NCBI GenBank assembly: GCA_964355515.1
Contig: CAYHDV010000002.1
Span: forward strand, 6,622-70,621
Direction of reading: 5' to 3'
From: an uncultured Candidatus Saccharibacteria bacterium
Lineage (GTDB): Bacteria > Patescibacteriota > Minisyncoccia > Phycocordibacterales > CSBR16-119
DNA: 64,000 nt
Shown: in pieces, positions 1-10,711 of the stretch
Layout: the number at the start of each line of letters is the position of its first letter
How positions within the stretch are numbered: position 1 is the first letter of the stretch
Program-made: the position numbers and the translations under genes
The notes under the pieces: model-generated
The model's input: the letters and a program-made list of their open reading frames with translations, nothing else
Database searches by the model: none
Told to the model about the DNA's origin: nothing

Positions 1-2753
1 GAAGACACGCGACTTCAGATCTAAACGATTTGTATCGAAGAGTAATCAACCGAAACAACCGACTTAAAAAGCTAAAAGAAATTGGAGCACCTGATGTAAT
101 CCTGCGAAACGAAAAGCGAATCATGCAAGAGGCTGTGGATGCTTTGATTGATAACTCAATCGCAAAACATGGAGACTCTGCGATGAACCAAGCACAACGG
201 CGAGCACTAAAATCTCTTGCTGATAACTTGAAATCAAAACAAGGTCTCTTCCGACAAAACTTGCTTGGTAAACGAGTAGACTATTCAGGGCGATCTGTAA
301 TCGTTGTTGGAGCTACTTTGAAAATGAACCAATGTGGTCTACCAAAGAGAATGGCCATGGAACTTTTCCGACCATTTGTTATTGGAAAAATTCTTGAAGG
401 AGAACTTGCTTTCAACATTCGAGGAGCAAACAAACTTATAGAAGAAGGAGTGCCTGAAGTATGGGCTATTCTAGAAGAAATTATCGAAGGAAAGTTCGTT
501 CTTCTTAACCGAGCACCTACACTTCACCGACTTGGAATCCAAGCTTTTAACCCGATTCTTATTGAAGGAAAAGCTATCCAAGTGCATCCTCTTGTTTGTG
601 CTGCCTTTAACGCTGACTTCGATGGAGACCAGATGGCTGTTCATGTGCCACTTTCAGAACTTGCTCAAGCAGAAGCGAGAGATTTGATGGCCGCAAACAA
701 AAACCTTCTAAAACCTCAAGATGGAAACCCTATCGTGAGCCCCGCTCTTGATATGGTTCTTGGATGTTACTGGATGACAAAATCTATGGATGGTGAAAAG
801 GGAGAGGGAATGTATTTCTCTTCTCCAAACGAAGCCATGTCAGCATATGATTATGGAATTATTGATTTCCGAGCAAAGATAAATGTTAAAGCTACAGATA
901 GTGAAAGATATTCTCAATTTAAGGGTGGAATATTCCAAACATCTGTTGGGCGACTATTTTTCAACTCAGTATTTCCAAAAGATTTTGGTTATGTAAATGA
1001 TGAAATGACAAAGAAGCGTCTTTCAAAACTTGTAGATCAGCTTATTGCTCACTACGGTATTGATGATACTCCAAAGGTTCTTGATGCTATCAAGAAGTTT
1101 GGTTATCAATATTCTACAAAATCAGGAATCACTTGGGGTATCGACAACGTAAACGTTCCAGAAGAAAGAGAAGGTATTATTTTGAAAGGACGAGGAGAAG
1201 AAACAGAAATCAGAAGCCAATTCAACGAAGGTCTTCTTTCAGAAGATGAAAAATATCGAAAGATTATTTCACTATGGGAGAGAATAAAAAATGAAATTCA
1301 AGATGTCATGGTGCCATCTCTTGATCCAAGAGGAGCAACATATGACATGATTACTTCTGGAGCCAGAGGTGCTCTTCACCAGATAACTCAGATGGGAGGT
1401 ATTATCGGAACAATCGTTAACACAAAAGGACAACCTCTTGAATTCCCCGTTGTGCGTTCTTACAAAGATGGGCTTTCACCTATCGATTACTTCATTACTA
1501 CTCACGGATCTAGAAAGGGTCTCGCCGACACCGCTCTTAAAACAGCTCAAGCTGGATATCTGACACGACGTCTTGTTGATGTTGCTCAAGATGTGGTTAT
1601 TAACCATGAGGATTGTGGTACAAAGGAACATGTTGTGGCTGTAGCTGAAAACATTTCAGGACTAGAAATTCCACTATCAAAAAATATTTATGGACGAACA
1701 GCCGCAAAAGATGTGGCAACTCCAGACGGAGAAGTTCTATATAAAAAGGGAACAGTTATTACAAAAGAAATTTCTCAAGACATTGAATCAAAAGGAGTTT
1801 TGGAAGTTTCAATCCATACACCACTTAAATGTGCATTGCTACATGGAGTATGTCAAAAATGCTACGGACTAGACTTGGCTCGAGGTAAGAATACTCAAAT
1901 AGGAGAAGCTATTGGTATTATTGCTGCCCAAGCTATTGGAGAACCTGGAACTCAGCTTACACTTCGAACTTTCCACCAAGGAGGAGTTGCCGGAGGAGCC
2001 GACATCACACAGGGTCTTCCTCGTGTTGAAGAGGTATTTGATAGACGAACTCCAAAGAACCCAGCGGTTGTTGCCCAGACAAAGGGTCACATTGTTGCGA
2101 TAAAAGAAGAAGATGGAAGAAAAGTTATTACTGTTCTTTCTGAAACAAAAGTAAAAGGAACAAACACTATTCTTTATGTCACTCCACCACACCGAATTCC
2201 TGTAGTTACTCCAGGTCAAGAAATTTATCCAGGACAACTTCTTACTGATGGTTCTGCAAACATCCAAGAAATATTCAAATATGGGGGAAGAGAGCTTGCC
2301 GAAAAATATGTTATTGATGAGATCAATAAGGTATATGAGTTGCAAGGAGCACCTATAGCCAAGAAACATCTTGAGGTTATCGTAAAGCAAATGTTCTCTC
2401 GAAGACAAGTTACTGAATCAGGAGACAGCTCACTTTCTGTTGGTGAAAAAGTTGAAGCAATTCATCTTCATGAAGAAAATGAAAAAGTGGCAAAAGAAGG
2501 AGGTAGACCAGCAGAAGCGGATGTTATACTACTTGGAATTACTCAAGTGTCACTTTCAGCGAAGAGTTGGCTATCAGCCGCTTCATTCCAGAACACTTCA
2601 CGAGTTCTTATTGCAAATGCAGTAAAGAGAGGAGTAGATGATCTACGAGGTCTCAAAGAAAATGTTATTATTGGAAGAAGAATCCCAGCAGGAACAGGAC
2701 TCAGAGACCCAGAAGATGTAAAGGATGTAGATCTTGAAGGATATAGAGACTAA
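1..2753 (+). CDS. rpoC: RNA polymerase beta' subunit (5'-truncated by window)
   Basis: NADFDGDQM catalytic motif, [34 protein letters not shown]; frame open back to window start. Confidence 0.99.
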   Translation, partial: RHATSDLNDLYRRVINRNNRLKKLKEIGAPDVILRNEKRIMQEAVDALIDNSIAKHGDSAMNQAQRRALKSLADNLKSKQGLFRQNLLGKRVDYSGRSVIVVGATLKMNQCGLPKRMAMELFRPFVIGKILEGELAFNIRGANKLIEEGVPEVWAILEEIIEGKFVLLNRAPTLHRLGIQAFNPILIEGKAIQVHPLVCAAFNADFDGDQMAVHVPLSELAQAEARDLMAANKNLLKPQDGNPIVSPALDMVLGCYWMTKSMDGEKGEGMYFSSPNEAMSAYDYGIIDFRAKINVKATDSERYSQFKGGIFQTSVGRLFFNSVFPKDFGYVNDEMTKKRLSKLVDQLIAHYGIDDTPKVLDAIKKFGYQYSTKSGITWGIDNVNVPEEREGIILKGRGEETEIRSQFNEGLLSEDEKYRKIISLWERIKNEIQDVMVPSLDPRGATYDMITSGARGALHQITQMGGIIGTIVNTKGQPLEFPVVRSYKDGLSPIDYFITTHGSRKGLADTALKTAQAGYLTRRLVDVAQDVVINHEDCGTKEHVVAVAENISGLEIPLSKNIYGRTAAKDVATPDGEVLYKKGTVITKEISQDIESKGVLEVSIHTPLKCALLHGVCQKCYGLDLARGKNTQIGEAIGIIAAQAIGEPGTQLTLRTFHQGGVAGGADITQGLPRVEEVFDRRTPKNPAVVAQTKGHIVAIKEEDGRKVITVLSETKVKGTNTILYVTPPHRIPVVTPGQEIYPGQLLTDGSANIQEIFKYGGRELAEKYVIDEINKVYELQGAPIAKKHLEVIVKQMFSRRQVTESGDSSLSVGEKVEAIHLHEENEKVAKEGGRPAEADVILLGITQVSLSAKSWLSAASFQNTSRVLIANAVKRGVDDLRGLKENVIIGRRIPAGTGLRDPEDVKDVDLEGYRD

Positions 2754-2762
2754 CCAAAAAAC

Positions 2763-4445
2763 ATGAGTGATCCCGTAGAACAAATAAAAGAGAGAATATC
2801 TATTGTTGATGTTATATCAACCTACATAACTCTTATACCTGCGGGGAAAAACTACAAAGCAGTTTGTCCTTTTCACAATGAAAAAACACCAAGCTTTCAT
2901 GTCTCTCCAGATAGAGGAAGTTATTACTGTTTTGGTTGTGGGGCAAAAGGAGACATATTTTCCTTCGTTCAAGAATTTGAAGGATTGGATTTTAAGGGGT
3001 CTCTATCTGTACTCGCACAAAAAGCAGGAGTAACTCTCACAAAGTTTGTTGGAGAGAAAAAAGAGAAAAATGACAATCTCTACGAAATTATGGAGAAAGC
3101 AACACTCTTTTTTGAGCAGAAATATAAAGAAAGTGAATTCGCTCAATCGTATGTTAAAAAAAGAGGTTTAGAAGAGGAAACTTCAAAACTATTTCGTTTA
3201 GGTTTTGCGCCAGATGATTGGAGAGGTCTTTTCGACCACTTGTCTTCTCTTGGTTATGATAAAAAAGAAATCATGCTTGTTGGCCTGATAAAAGAAGGAA
3301 ATGGAAGTACCTATGATAGATTCAGAAATCGGATAATGTTTCCTATTTTTGATTCAAGTAGTCGAGTGATAGCTTTTACAGGAAGAGCTATGATATCTGA
3401 TGAAAAAACTGCAAAGTATCTAAACAGCCCAGAAACTCCTCTCTTCCAAAAATCAGATATTCTGTATGGCTTACATCTTGCAAAAAATAGCATTAGAAAA
3501 GTAGATTATACAATTCTTGTTGAAGGACAGCTTGATTTGTTACTCTCTTATCAGTCAGGGTATACAAATACCGTTGCTTCATCAGGGACAGCACTCACAG
3601 AAAATACCTCAAAAGGCGAATCCCTGAATCACTTTGGGATAATCAAGAGATTATCAAACAAAGTTATTATTGCTTTTGATCGCGACCAAGCGGGCTTAAA
3701 AGCAATGTATCGTGCTGTAAAAATATTCTTGTCATTGGGAATGGAAGCTAGGACAGCCGATCTTCCAGAAGGCAAAGACCCAGCAGATGTGATAACTCAA
3801 GATGGTAAGGATGCGTGGAAAACTATTCTAAAAAACTCAGAACATAGTATTATATTCTTAACGAGATATATCGCTCAAAAAGAAAAAGACCCAAGACTCG
3901 TTGCAAAAAAAATTCAGGAAAAGATTCTACCTCTTGTTGCCCTAATAGAAAGCTCAATGGAACAATCTTTTTTTGTCAGAGAAATATCTGGGATTGTAAA
4001 TATTGGAGAGCAAGATATTTTTTCTGACCTGAAGAGGGTTATTGCTGGATTTTCTGTTACAATCCAAAAGGGTGAGGTTCTCACACAGGCTAATATTCGA
4101 AGATTTGACAAAGAATCAGAGATAAGAAGAATGCTTGCAGGAATGTATTCACTTTTGTTGGAGCGAGGGGAAATTATTCCCGAAGAAGATACTTTCGTCA
4201 AAGAGATTGTGGATTCTTTTACTGACAAAGAGAAAACCGGGTTCATGTTTGAAATAGAAGAAATCTACAAAGATGATATAAAGAAACTCCGCGAAGATCT
4301 CAAGCTCTATATTGTAGAATCAAAACAATTCTTACTCAAAAATAGGCTATCAGAATTAGAAATAGAAATAAGAAATGGAGGGGGAGAGGAGGTGCTTAGA
4401 AAATATCAAGATATTTTAAAAACCATTAACAGTAATAATATCTAA
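2763..4445 (+). CDS. dnaG: DNA primase
   Basis: CPFH..CFGC zinc finger, KYLNSPET, TOPRIM VEGQLD and FDRDQAG. Confidence 0.97.
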   Translation: MSDPVEQIKERISIVDVISTYITLIPAGKNYKAVCPFHNEKTPSFHVSPDRGSYYCFGCGAKGDIFSFVQEFEGLDFKGSLSVLAQKAGVTLTKFVGEKKEKNDNLYEIMEKATLFFEQKYKESEFAQSYVKKRGLEEETSKLFRLGFAPDDWRGLFDHLSSLGYDKKEIMLVGLIKEGNGSTYDRFRNRIMFPIFDSSSRVIAFTGRAMISDEKTAKYLNSPETPLFQKSDILYGLHLAKNSIRKVDYTILVEGQLDLLLSYQSGYTNTVASSGTALTENTSKGESLNHFGIIKRLSNKVIIAFDRDQAGLKAMYRAVKIFLSLGMEARTADLPEGKDPADVITQDGKDAWKTILKNSEHSIIFLTRYIAQKEKDPRLVAKKIQEKILPLVALIESSMEQSFFVREISGIVNIGEQDIFSDLKRVIAGFSVTIQKGEVLTQANIRRFDKESEIRRMLAGMYSLLLERGEIIPEEDTFVKEIVDSFTDKEKTGFMFEIEEIYKDDIKKLREDLKLYIVESKQFLLKNRLSELEIEIRNGGGEEVLRKYQDILKTINSNNI

Positions 4446-4454
4446 CCAATTTGT

Positions 4455-5756
4455 ATGGCAACAAAAAAAGCTACAAGTAAAAAAAAGGTTTCTGTAGGGA
4501 AACAAATACCACGAAAAAATAATTCTGAAACTAAAAAGTCAGGGGTTACATCCGTGGCTAAAAAATCAACAAAAAAACCAGCTCCAGTTAGAAAAAATAC
4601 TGTTACAAAAGTTAAAGAAAAGAAGACCGCAACACCTCCAATTAAAAAAGAAAAAAAAACCACTTCTGGAGTTACAAAAAATAAATCAGAAAAAAAACAA
4701 GACCAAGCATCTCTTCTGATAACAAAAGGTAAGAAAAGAGGTTTTATAACCTATGATGAAATTCTAAAAGAGTTTCCAACCATTGAAACGGATGTTGTTT
4801 TTCTTGATGATTTGTATAGCCAGTTTATCGATGCCGGAGTGGATGTTCTAGAAGGAGGGAACCTCCTCCAGCTAGAAGATGAAAATCCAAAGAAAAAAGT
4901 GAGGCTTGGTAGGGAAGATGCAAGTTATGATTCAATTCAAATTTATTTGAAAGAGATTGGGCAGTTTCCACTTATCAAAGCTGCTGAAGAGCGAAACCTT
5001 GCCCAAAGAATAGAAGCAGGGGACGAAGAAGCCAAAAACCTTCTTGCCAGGGCCAACCTGCGACTTGTGGTTTCTATTGCCAAAAAATATTCAAACAGAA
5101 GCTCTGACCTGACACTACTTGATCTTATCCAAGAGGGAAACTTGGGTCTTTTTAAGGCGGTAGAGAAATTTGATTGGACAAAAGGTTACAAATTCTCAAC
5201 TTATGCTACTTGGTGGATAAGACAGTCTATTACTCGAGCACTTGCTGATCAGTCTCGAACAATTCGAATCCCTGTTCACATGGTGGAGACTATTTCAAAA
5301 TATAAACAAATATATCGAAGACTTTCTCAGGACTTGGGGCGAGAACCACTTGCAGAAGAGGTGGCAACAGAGATGGGTGTAGATGTAGAAAAAATCCACA
5401 TCATCGAAAAAATCTCTCAAGATACTACCTCACTTGAAAAGCCGATCAACGATGATGAAGAGAAGTCAACTCTAGCTGAGTTTATTGCGGATGATAAAAT
5501 CTTGCGTCCTGATCAGGAGTCTGCACAGAGAATTCTCCACGATCAAATATTTGAAGTGTTAGATGAGCTCTCTCCAAAAGAAAGAAAAATTCTTGAGATG
5601 AGATATGGGCTTATAAATGGAGTTCAACATACGCTAGAAGAGGTAGGACAAGAATTCGGCGTTACTCGTGAGCGTATTCGTCAGATTGAGGCGAAGGTTC
5701 ATGAAAAGTTGAGGGGTCATGAGAAGATTGCGAGATTGCGGAATCATTTTGATTAA
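4455..5756 (+). CDS. rpoD: Primary sigma-70 factor with Lys-rich N-terminal extension
   Basis: [44 protein letters not shown]. Confidence 0.97.
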   Translation: MATKKATSKKKVSVGKQIPRKNNSETKKSGVTSVAKKSTKKPAPVRKNTVTKVKEKKTATPPIKKEKKTTSGVTKNKSEKKQDQASLLITKGKKRGFITYDEILKEFPTIETDVVFLDDLYSQFIDAGVDVLEGGNLLQLEDENPKKKVRLGREDASYDSIQIYLKEIGQFPLIKAAEERNLAQRIEAGDEEAKNLLARANLRLVVSIAKKYSNRSSDLTLLDLIQEGNLGLFKAVEKFDWTKGYKFSTYATWWIRQSITRALADQSRTIRIPVHMVETISKYKQIYRRLSQDLGREPLAEEVATEMGVDVEKIHIIEKISQDTTSLEKPINDDEEKSTLAEFIADDKILRPDQESAQRILHDQIFEVLDELSPKERKILEMRYGLINGVQHTLEEVGQEFGVTRERIRQIEAKVHEKLRGHEKIARLRNHFD

Positions 5757-5784
5757 AACCTGGTCATCCTGGTAGAAGATACTT

Positions 5785-5863
5785 GTCATCCTGAATTCAT
5801 TTCAGGATCTAAAGCCCTTTTAATCATCACACTCCGTTGTTTTCCCCGCGCAGGCGGGGATCT
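5785..5863. repeat. Two REP-like palindromes (GTCATCCTGAA..TTCAGGATCT; TCCCCGCGCAGGCGGGGATCT)
   Basis: Same families recur at 13690-13715, 23349-23414, 23505-23530, 32587-32612, 63210-63337. Confidence 0.8.
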
Positions 5864-5873
5864 AAATAATATC

Positions 5874-6090
5874 TTTCTTTTTCCATCGCTGAAAAAGAAA
5901 CAAAAAAGCTAGACCTCTTCCAAACAAACTAAAAACAACCTACAAATTGCTGTGTCTCGCTAAGCGCTGCGCTACGAGCTCGACACGGGCACAATTTGTA
6001 GGTTGTTTTCTTAACGCTTGTTTGGAAAACGGTCAAAGATTTCAAGTTTTCAAAAACCGTGAATATTTTAAAAGTTAAAGCTCAAATGTC
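5874..6090 (+). repeat. Structured dispersed repeat, copy A
   Basis: Ends nearly identical to 53237-53453; perfect 17-bp inner stem AAACAACCTACAAATTG/CAATTTGTAGGTTGTTT. Confidence 0.85.
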
Positions 6091-6189
6091 AAAAGGTGAC
6101 TTGTCTTTATTTTTTCGGGGGGATGTCTCACTGGAGATAAAAACTAGTTTTCAAAAGTTGAACCTCTGAAAGTTTTAAGTAACTAAATA

Positions 6190-6222
6190 AAAAAACCGTG
6201 TCGCAAACTGCAACACGGTTTT
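6190..6222. terminator. Bidirectional intrinsic terminator
   Basis: AAAAACCGTGT..ACACGGTTTTT hairpin with A/T tails between convergent units. Confidence 0.7.
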
Positions 6223-6242
6223 TATCTACCAGCAGCACTGAT

Positions 6243-6593
6243 CTACACACCGGTGATCCAGTACCCGGCGGCCAGTATGATAGATAGCCCTCCGGCTATC
6301 AAAAATCCAATAGTGGGTACCCCCAACTTTTTGTTGTTGGAAAGATAGTGTCCAGCCCCTCCAGACAATGCCGACAGAGCCAGGAATATCATTGCCAAAG
6401 CAAAGTTTTTTGAGTCCAAGTATCCCTCTGGGGTGGTATGAGTTATTGACATCACAAGATAGGCGATAGCCATAATTCCCGTTAATAGCGTAAAGAAGAT
6501 ACCAGGACCTTCTGAGGCTTGAATATGCTTGAATTCATAAACAGGCTCTACTGCTCTTTCTCTTTTTATAAGAGTAATTCTTCGATTTTCCAT
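6243..6593 (-). CDS. Hypothetical membrane protein (3 TM)
   Basis: ATG ORF with three hydrophobic segments; TTGACA/TATAAT-like promoter upstream. Confidence 0.7.
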   Translation of the reverse strand: MENRRITLIKRERAVEPVYEFKHIQASEGPGIFFTLLTGIMAIAYLVMSITHTTPEGYLDSKNFALAMIFLALSALSGGAGHYLSNNKKLGVPTIGFLIAGGLSIILAAGYWITGV

Positions 6594-6748
6594 TCTATAT
6601 TTTATTTGTTAAGTTTCCTATATTATATCATAATAAGTATCAATTTGTCAAGCAATACAAAAATTGTGAAAAAGCTTGCTATGAAGCTTTGGATTTGATT
6701 GGTACAATATATGTAGGTCTAATTATTAAAAATTAATTCTATAAATTT

Positions 6749-7015
6749 ATGATTAAAAAAATATCATGGTGGCTAATGTGGATTGGAGCTCTAAACTGGG
6801 GGCTTGTGGGGATTGGAGGATTCATGGGTTCAAACTGGAACCTTGTAAATCTTATCTTTGGTGGGATGCCAGTTCTTGAAATGATTATTTATATTCTTGT
6901 GGGTCTATCAGCTGTTGTGGCCATGAGCTCATGTCAGGGATGTAATGGTTGTGGAAAAGGGAAATGTGAGGCTTGTGCCATGGGTTCATGTTCTATGCAT
7001 GAAAAGAAAATGTAG
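6749..7015 (+). CDS. DUF378 family membrane protein with Cys-rich tail
   Basis: IGALNWGLVG and IIYILVGLSA motifs typical of DUF378. Confidence 0.8.
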   Translation: MIKKISWWLMWIGALNWGLVGIGGFMGSNWNLVNLIFGGMPVLEMIIYILVGLSAVVAMSSCQGCNGCGKGKCEACAMGSCSMHEKKM

Positions 7016-7043
7016 ATTATTTTAGCCAAAATAAAAAGCCCAC

Positions 7044-7784
7044 TTACATAGTGGGCTTTTTTGTTTCGGGGGCTTTGTACTGATAGTACTTTTTTAGATA
7101 CTCGTACAAGTACCTGATACTAGTTGTGAATACTCCTTCACGATTGAATCTTCTTGGGGAGCTCTTCATAACCAGTTTGGGTTCGAATAGTACTCGTCCC
7201 ACCGTGTTTGCAATCATGATTGCGGTTAAGCCATCGTCTCCCCAGAATTTTTCTGGTGGGAGGCCACCTATGGCATCCAGAGTAGATTTTCTTAGTGCGA
7301 AGTTCCCTCCAATCAGAACGCCAGCTTTTTTCCTAAATATGAAGAAAAGGAAAACATCTGCTTTGGAAAAGATTTTTGCATAAAGACCACTCAACCATTT
7401 TCCTATGCCAGTCAGCCCAAAATCGTATGGGCCAGACACGGCAGCAACTCCAGGGATAGAGAGGTATTTTACGATATCTTCTAGCCAAGTTTCTCCAGGC
7501 TCACAATCCGCATCACAGAAAGCATAAATGTCTGTGTTTTTATCTGATTCATCAACTCCTCTCTGTCTAGCAAAGTTGGTTCCTTGGGTCTTTTCTGCAA
7601 CCACTTTGTCTGCTTTGAGCTTAGCCAGCTCTCCAGTGATATCCCCTGAGTTATTATCAACAACAATAATCTTATAGCTTCCTCTGGGTAGGGTTTGTCT
7701 TTCTAGGGCCTCTAAGGCTTGTGGGATAAACTCTGCTTCATTATAAGCCGGTATAATAACCGATATTCTTGGTATTTTATCCAT
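7044..7784 (-). CDS. Glycosyltransferase family 2
   Basis: SVIIPAYNE, IIVVDNNSGD, FCDAD, GGNFA. Confidence 0.9.
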   Translation of the reverse strand: MDKIPRISVIIPAYNEAEFIPQALEALERQTLPRGSYKIIVVDNNSGDITGELAKLKADKVVAEKTQGTNFARQRGVDESDKNTDIYAFCDADCEPGETWLEDIVKYLSIPGVAAVSGPYDFGLTGIGKWLSGLYAKIFSKADVFLFFIFRKKAGVLIGGNFALRKSTLDAIGGLPPEKFWGDDGLTAIMIANTVGRVLFEPKLVMKSSPRRFNREGVFTTSIRYLYEYLKKYYQYKAPETKKPTM

Positions 7785-7847
7785 GTGTACTTATTTTTCA
7801 GATACTTTAACTTATTGCTTGAATAATTGCCAGGGTTTGTCTATATC

Positions 7848-8888
7848 CTAAATCTCTAGTAGGTAGTAGTTTTCTTGGTCATATACATAGAGTGTATCTT
7901 TGTCATCTATCACGAAAGAGATATTCTGACCTTGAAACAAGGGGAAAATGTTTCTCTTACCTCTCCCATCAAGCTCTACCACGAATAGCCCATCTTCTTT
8001 TGTGATGATAAGCACATCACTTCTTTCGGGGAAGAAATCAAAATGTGAATAAGCTGAAATCTCAGTTATCTCTTTTGGTATTTGACATGTTGGGGCATCA
8101 TCACAGTAAAAAGCTGTGTTGCTTGAATTTTTTTCTAACGCAGATAGGATTGTTTTACCATTGTTTGTTTGCCACACTTCTATTTTCTGTTGCTTTTTTA
8201 TATGCAGCCTAGGCTCTCCAATTGCAAGGATATCCTCTGTCGTTACAATAGCTTCTCCCGTTGTCGTTGCGGTGTTTTGTTCATGAGTTTCCTCTAGCAG
8301 GTCTTCGTATTTTGCAAATGAAATCCTATAGTCTTTGTACTCCTTAGCCCAGTCTTTTTCTGATTCTTCAAAAAGTGCCACCACTTTTTCGTAAAGAGGG
8401 TTTTTTACTTTTGATTCTTCTACTCCACTATTATTTAGAAGATTTGAGGCTGAAGAAAGTTCATCCACTGCCTGATCAATATCAGTTTCTGTTGTGAGGT
8501 ACTTTGGGACTAGAGTCTTTTCTGGGTTTATTGCTACTAGAAATGGAGATACTTCGGTTGTTTTTTGGCTTTCAATTAAAATAGTTTTTTCCCAAGAGTG
8601 GTAGTCTACCAACTCTGTTCGAATAGTGTATTCTCTGGGTTTTAGACTCTGGACGAAGTAGTACCTCTGAAGAAAGCTTGTTAGCTTGCTATCAAGAGGC
8701 TTCTCATCCAAAAGAATTACAACTTCAGTTGTTGGTCTATGAATGTACAGCCCGCCTGTTTTGATAAGTGAGCTATTAGAAAAACGAAATCCTAATGCAT
8801 AGAGAATCAAAAAGGGAAGTATTGATGCAAAGATTGCAACAAAGAAGATAAGTAGTCTATTTCTTTTTTTCTGTGAGAGTGGTTCCAT
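7848..8888 (-). CDS. Membrane-anchored PEGA-like domain protein
   Basis: N-terminal TM ending YALGFRF, KTGGLYI, YHSWEKTI pattern. Confidence 0.6.
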   Translation of the reverse strand: MEPLSQKKRNRLLIFFVAIFASILPFLILYALGFRFSNSSLIKTGGLYIHRPTTEVVILLDEKPLDSKLTSFLQRYYFVQSLKPREYTIRTELVDYHSWEKTILIESQKTTEVSPFLVAINPEKTLVPKYLTTETDIDQAVDELSSASNLLNNSGVEESKVKNPLYEKVVALFEESEKDWAKEYKDYRISFAKYEDLLEETHEQNTATTTGEAIVTTEDILAIGEPRLHIKKQQKIEVWQTNNGKTILSALEKNSSNTAFYCDDAPTCQIPKEITEISAYSHFDFFPERSDVLIITKEDGLFVVELDGRGKRNIFPLFQGQNISFVIDDKDTLYVYDQENYYLLEI

Positions 8889-8893
8889 AATAA

Positions 8894-10438
8894 TTATTTT
8901 CTATGTTTTGGTGTTACCCAGAATCCCATATATTTTCCAAACATAAGTCGTGTCTGAGCTTCTATCCCAGGAATTGCACCGAATACAATTATTGTAACAG
9001 GTACGAGAAGCCATTGTAGGAACATATAACCCTTTCTTCTCCATGAATTATATCCTTCTGGTGGTTTCGGTAGGTATCGAAAGGCAACAAGGGCTGAGAT
9101 GAGGATACCTATCATGGATATTGTCATTAGGTATTGAGTCAGGGTTGGTAAATTGTAGGATAGAATTGTCTTGTTGAAATGAGACCCTCCAAGCATAAGA
9201 GGTAGCCATCCAAGTAACAAAATAAAAATTGGATTTGTAGCCAGAGACCAGTATCCATCTATCTGCACTCGTAGTACATCAAACTTTTTTGAAAAAGGAA
9301 TATTTTTATTTTTTATGAAGTTGAAAATAATATAAGGTATATTTTCAGCACCCCACATCCATCTTCGGTGTTGTTTGTAAATATTTTTTATTGTTTGCAA
9401 AAATGTCGGTGCGAGGTTCGCATCCATAGAAACCGGATATGATATAGGTGTTACTGTATAGTTACCATCGTTTGCCATAAATGCATTCCAGAATATTCTA
9501 GAATCTTCTGAAACCATGTTTCTCTGCCAGTAGTTTATTTCATAAAGCGTCTGGAAAGATACTGAGTGTGAAGAAAATGTTACCAGTTTTTCTGGTCGTT
9601 CTTGTTGAATCATTTGCCAAAGTGATCCTGAAGTAGCGGCTACTCGAGAAAAAGCTGGGGCATGCCAGATATTGTTATTGTAGAAAGGAACTGGCTGGAA
9701 AGAAGTTTTGTAAGGGTCTGGAGAGTCCAAGAAGTACCATGTGAGACATGAGAAATATTTGGGAAATATGACAGTGTCGGTATCAAAGTTTGAAACAATT
9801 ACATCTCTATATGGAATATTGTTTGCATCGAGCACCTCTGTCCTTGCTTTATCTATTGCCCAAGAAGTATTGGCTCCTTTTCCAGCATGCTCACCCTCGA
9901 TTCCTGCGGGATGAATTGTCGTAATAAAAAATCCGAAAAGATGAGAATACTTTTTTTGGATATATGCTTGGATTTCTTTTGCATGCTCTTCCTTTGCTCC
10001 TTCACCAGCAAGCACCACAATAATCCTCTTTTTATCATAACTAGCGTCAATAAGTGACTTGAGAGTGCCCTCTACAACTTCCAACGATTCATTATAAAAT
10101 GGAAGAAGAACCATATGCCACAGGTGTTCATATTTGAAATTTTGGAGTTTCTTGTTCCAGTCAAGTTCCATGTTGTACTGCATGCGCTTGTGGTTGTGTA
10201 TTAGATGGATTGATAGGTAGAGAGTTTTTAGTAGCCAAAAAAGGTCAAATGTAATAATAAAAATAGCAGCCCATACGGGTACAAAAATAGATGCAATAAT
10301 TGTACCTAAGATAGTTCCCCAAGTAAGGATACCAGGAAGAGTCTCGAGCAATCGGTATAATACTCGGTCTTTACCTGTTAGATCACTTGCTCGTCCAACA
10401 TGGAACCAAGGATTTTTTGTGTATGGGAGTTGATTCAT
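8894..10438 (-). CDS. Multi-TM processive-type glycosyltransferase family 2
   Basis: LPFYNE, GKGAN, FDTD, SED, QHRRW (QxxRW) motif, several TMs. Confidence 0.85.
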   Translation of the reverse strand: MNQLPYTKNPWFHVGRASDLTGKDRVLYRLLETLPGILTWGTILGTIIASIFVPVWAAIFIITFDLFWLLKTLYLSIHLIHNHKRMQYNMELDWNKKLQNFKYEHLWHMVLLPFYNESLEVVEGTLKSLIDASYDKKRIIVVLAGEGAKEEHAKEIQAYIQKKYSHLFGFFITTIHPAGIEGEHAGKGANTSWAIDKARTEVLDANNIPYRDVIVSNFDTDTVIFPKYFSCLTWYFLDSPDPYKTSFQPVPFYNNNIWHAPAFSRVAATSGSLWQMIQQERPEKLVTFSSHSVSFQTLYEINYWQRNMVSEDSRIFWNAFMANDGNYTVTPISYPVSMDANLAPTFLQTIKNIYKQHRRWMWGAENIPYIIFNFIKNKNIPFSKKFDVLRVQIDGYWSLATNPIFILLLGWLPLMLGGSHFNKTILSYNLPTLTQYLMTISMIGILISALVAFRYLPKPPEGYNSWRRKGYMFLQWLLVPVTIIVFGAIPGIEAQTRLMFGKYMGFWVTPKHRK

Positions 10439-10449
10439 AATTTTTTTGT

Positions 10450-10566
10450 TTGCACAGGGTTCAATGGAATCTGATTGCCAGTATGCCTTTTGAGTTTATA
10501 TAAAATAGCCTTGTACGGTAAGAGTTTTTTGTGGGTATGCCAGAGATACATCAGAGGCTCAATCAC
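10450..10566 (-). ncRNA. Candidate structured RNA, possibly a short 6S-like RNA
   Basis: Follows TTGACA-16-TAGAAT; closing stem TCTGAT/ATCAGA, GTAT/ATAC, TGGCA bulge, CATACCCACAAAAAA segment. Confidence 0.35.
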
Positions 10567-10572
10567 TTAACT

Positions 10573-10600
10573 ATTCTAGCCATTTTATGCCTTTTGTCAA
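10573..10600 (-). promoter_or_regulatory. Sigma-70 promoter
   Basis: TTGACA (10600-10595), 16-bp spacer, TAGAAT (10578-10573). Confidence 0.7.
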
Positions 10601-10711
10601 TTTTAGCCTTGTAAATCAATACATTATAATCTTATGTACCATTTCTTATTAATCTTTCAATTCTAGAATACAGACATCTTAATAAAAAGCCGGCGGATCT
10701 GCCGGCTTTTT

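Noticed and set aside
1690-4663. Short alternative-frame and antisense ORFs inside rpoC, dnaG and rpoD (and similar ones in tsf, proS, mreB, uvrB, rpsA, gyrA)
   Set aside because: Shadow ORFs of strongly supported genes
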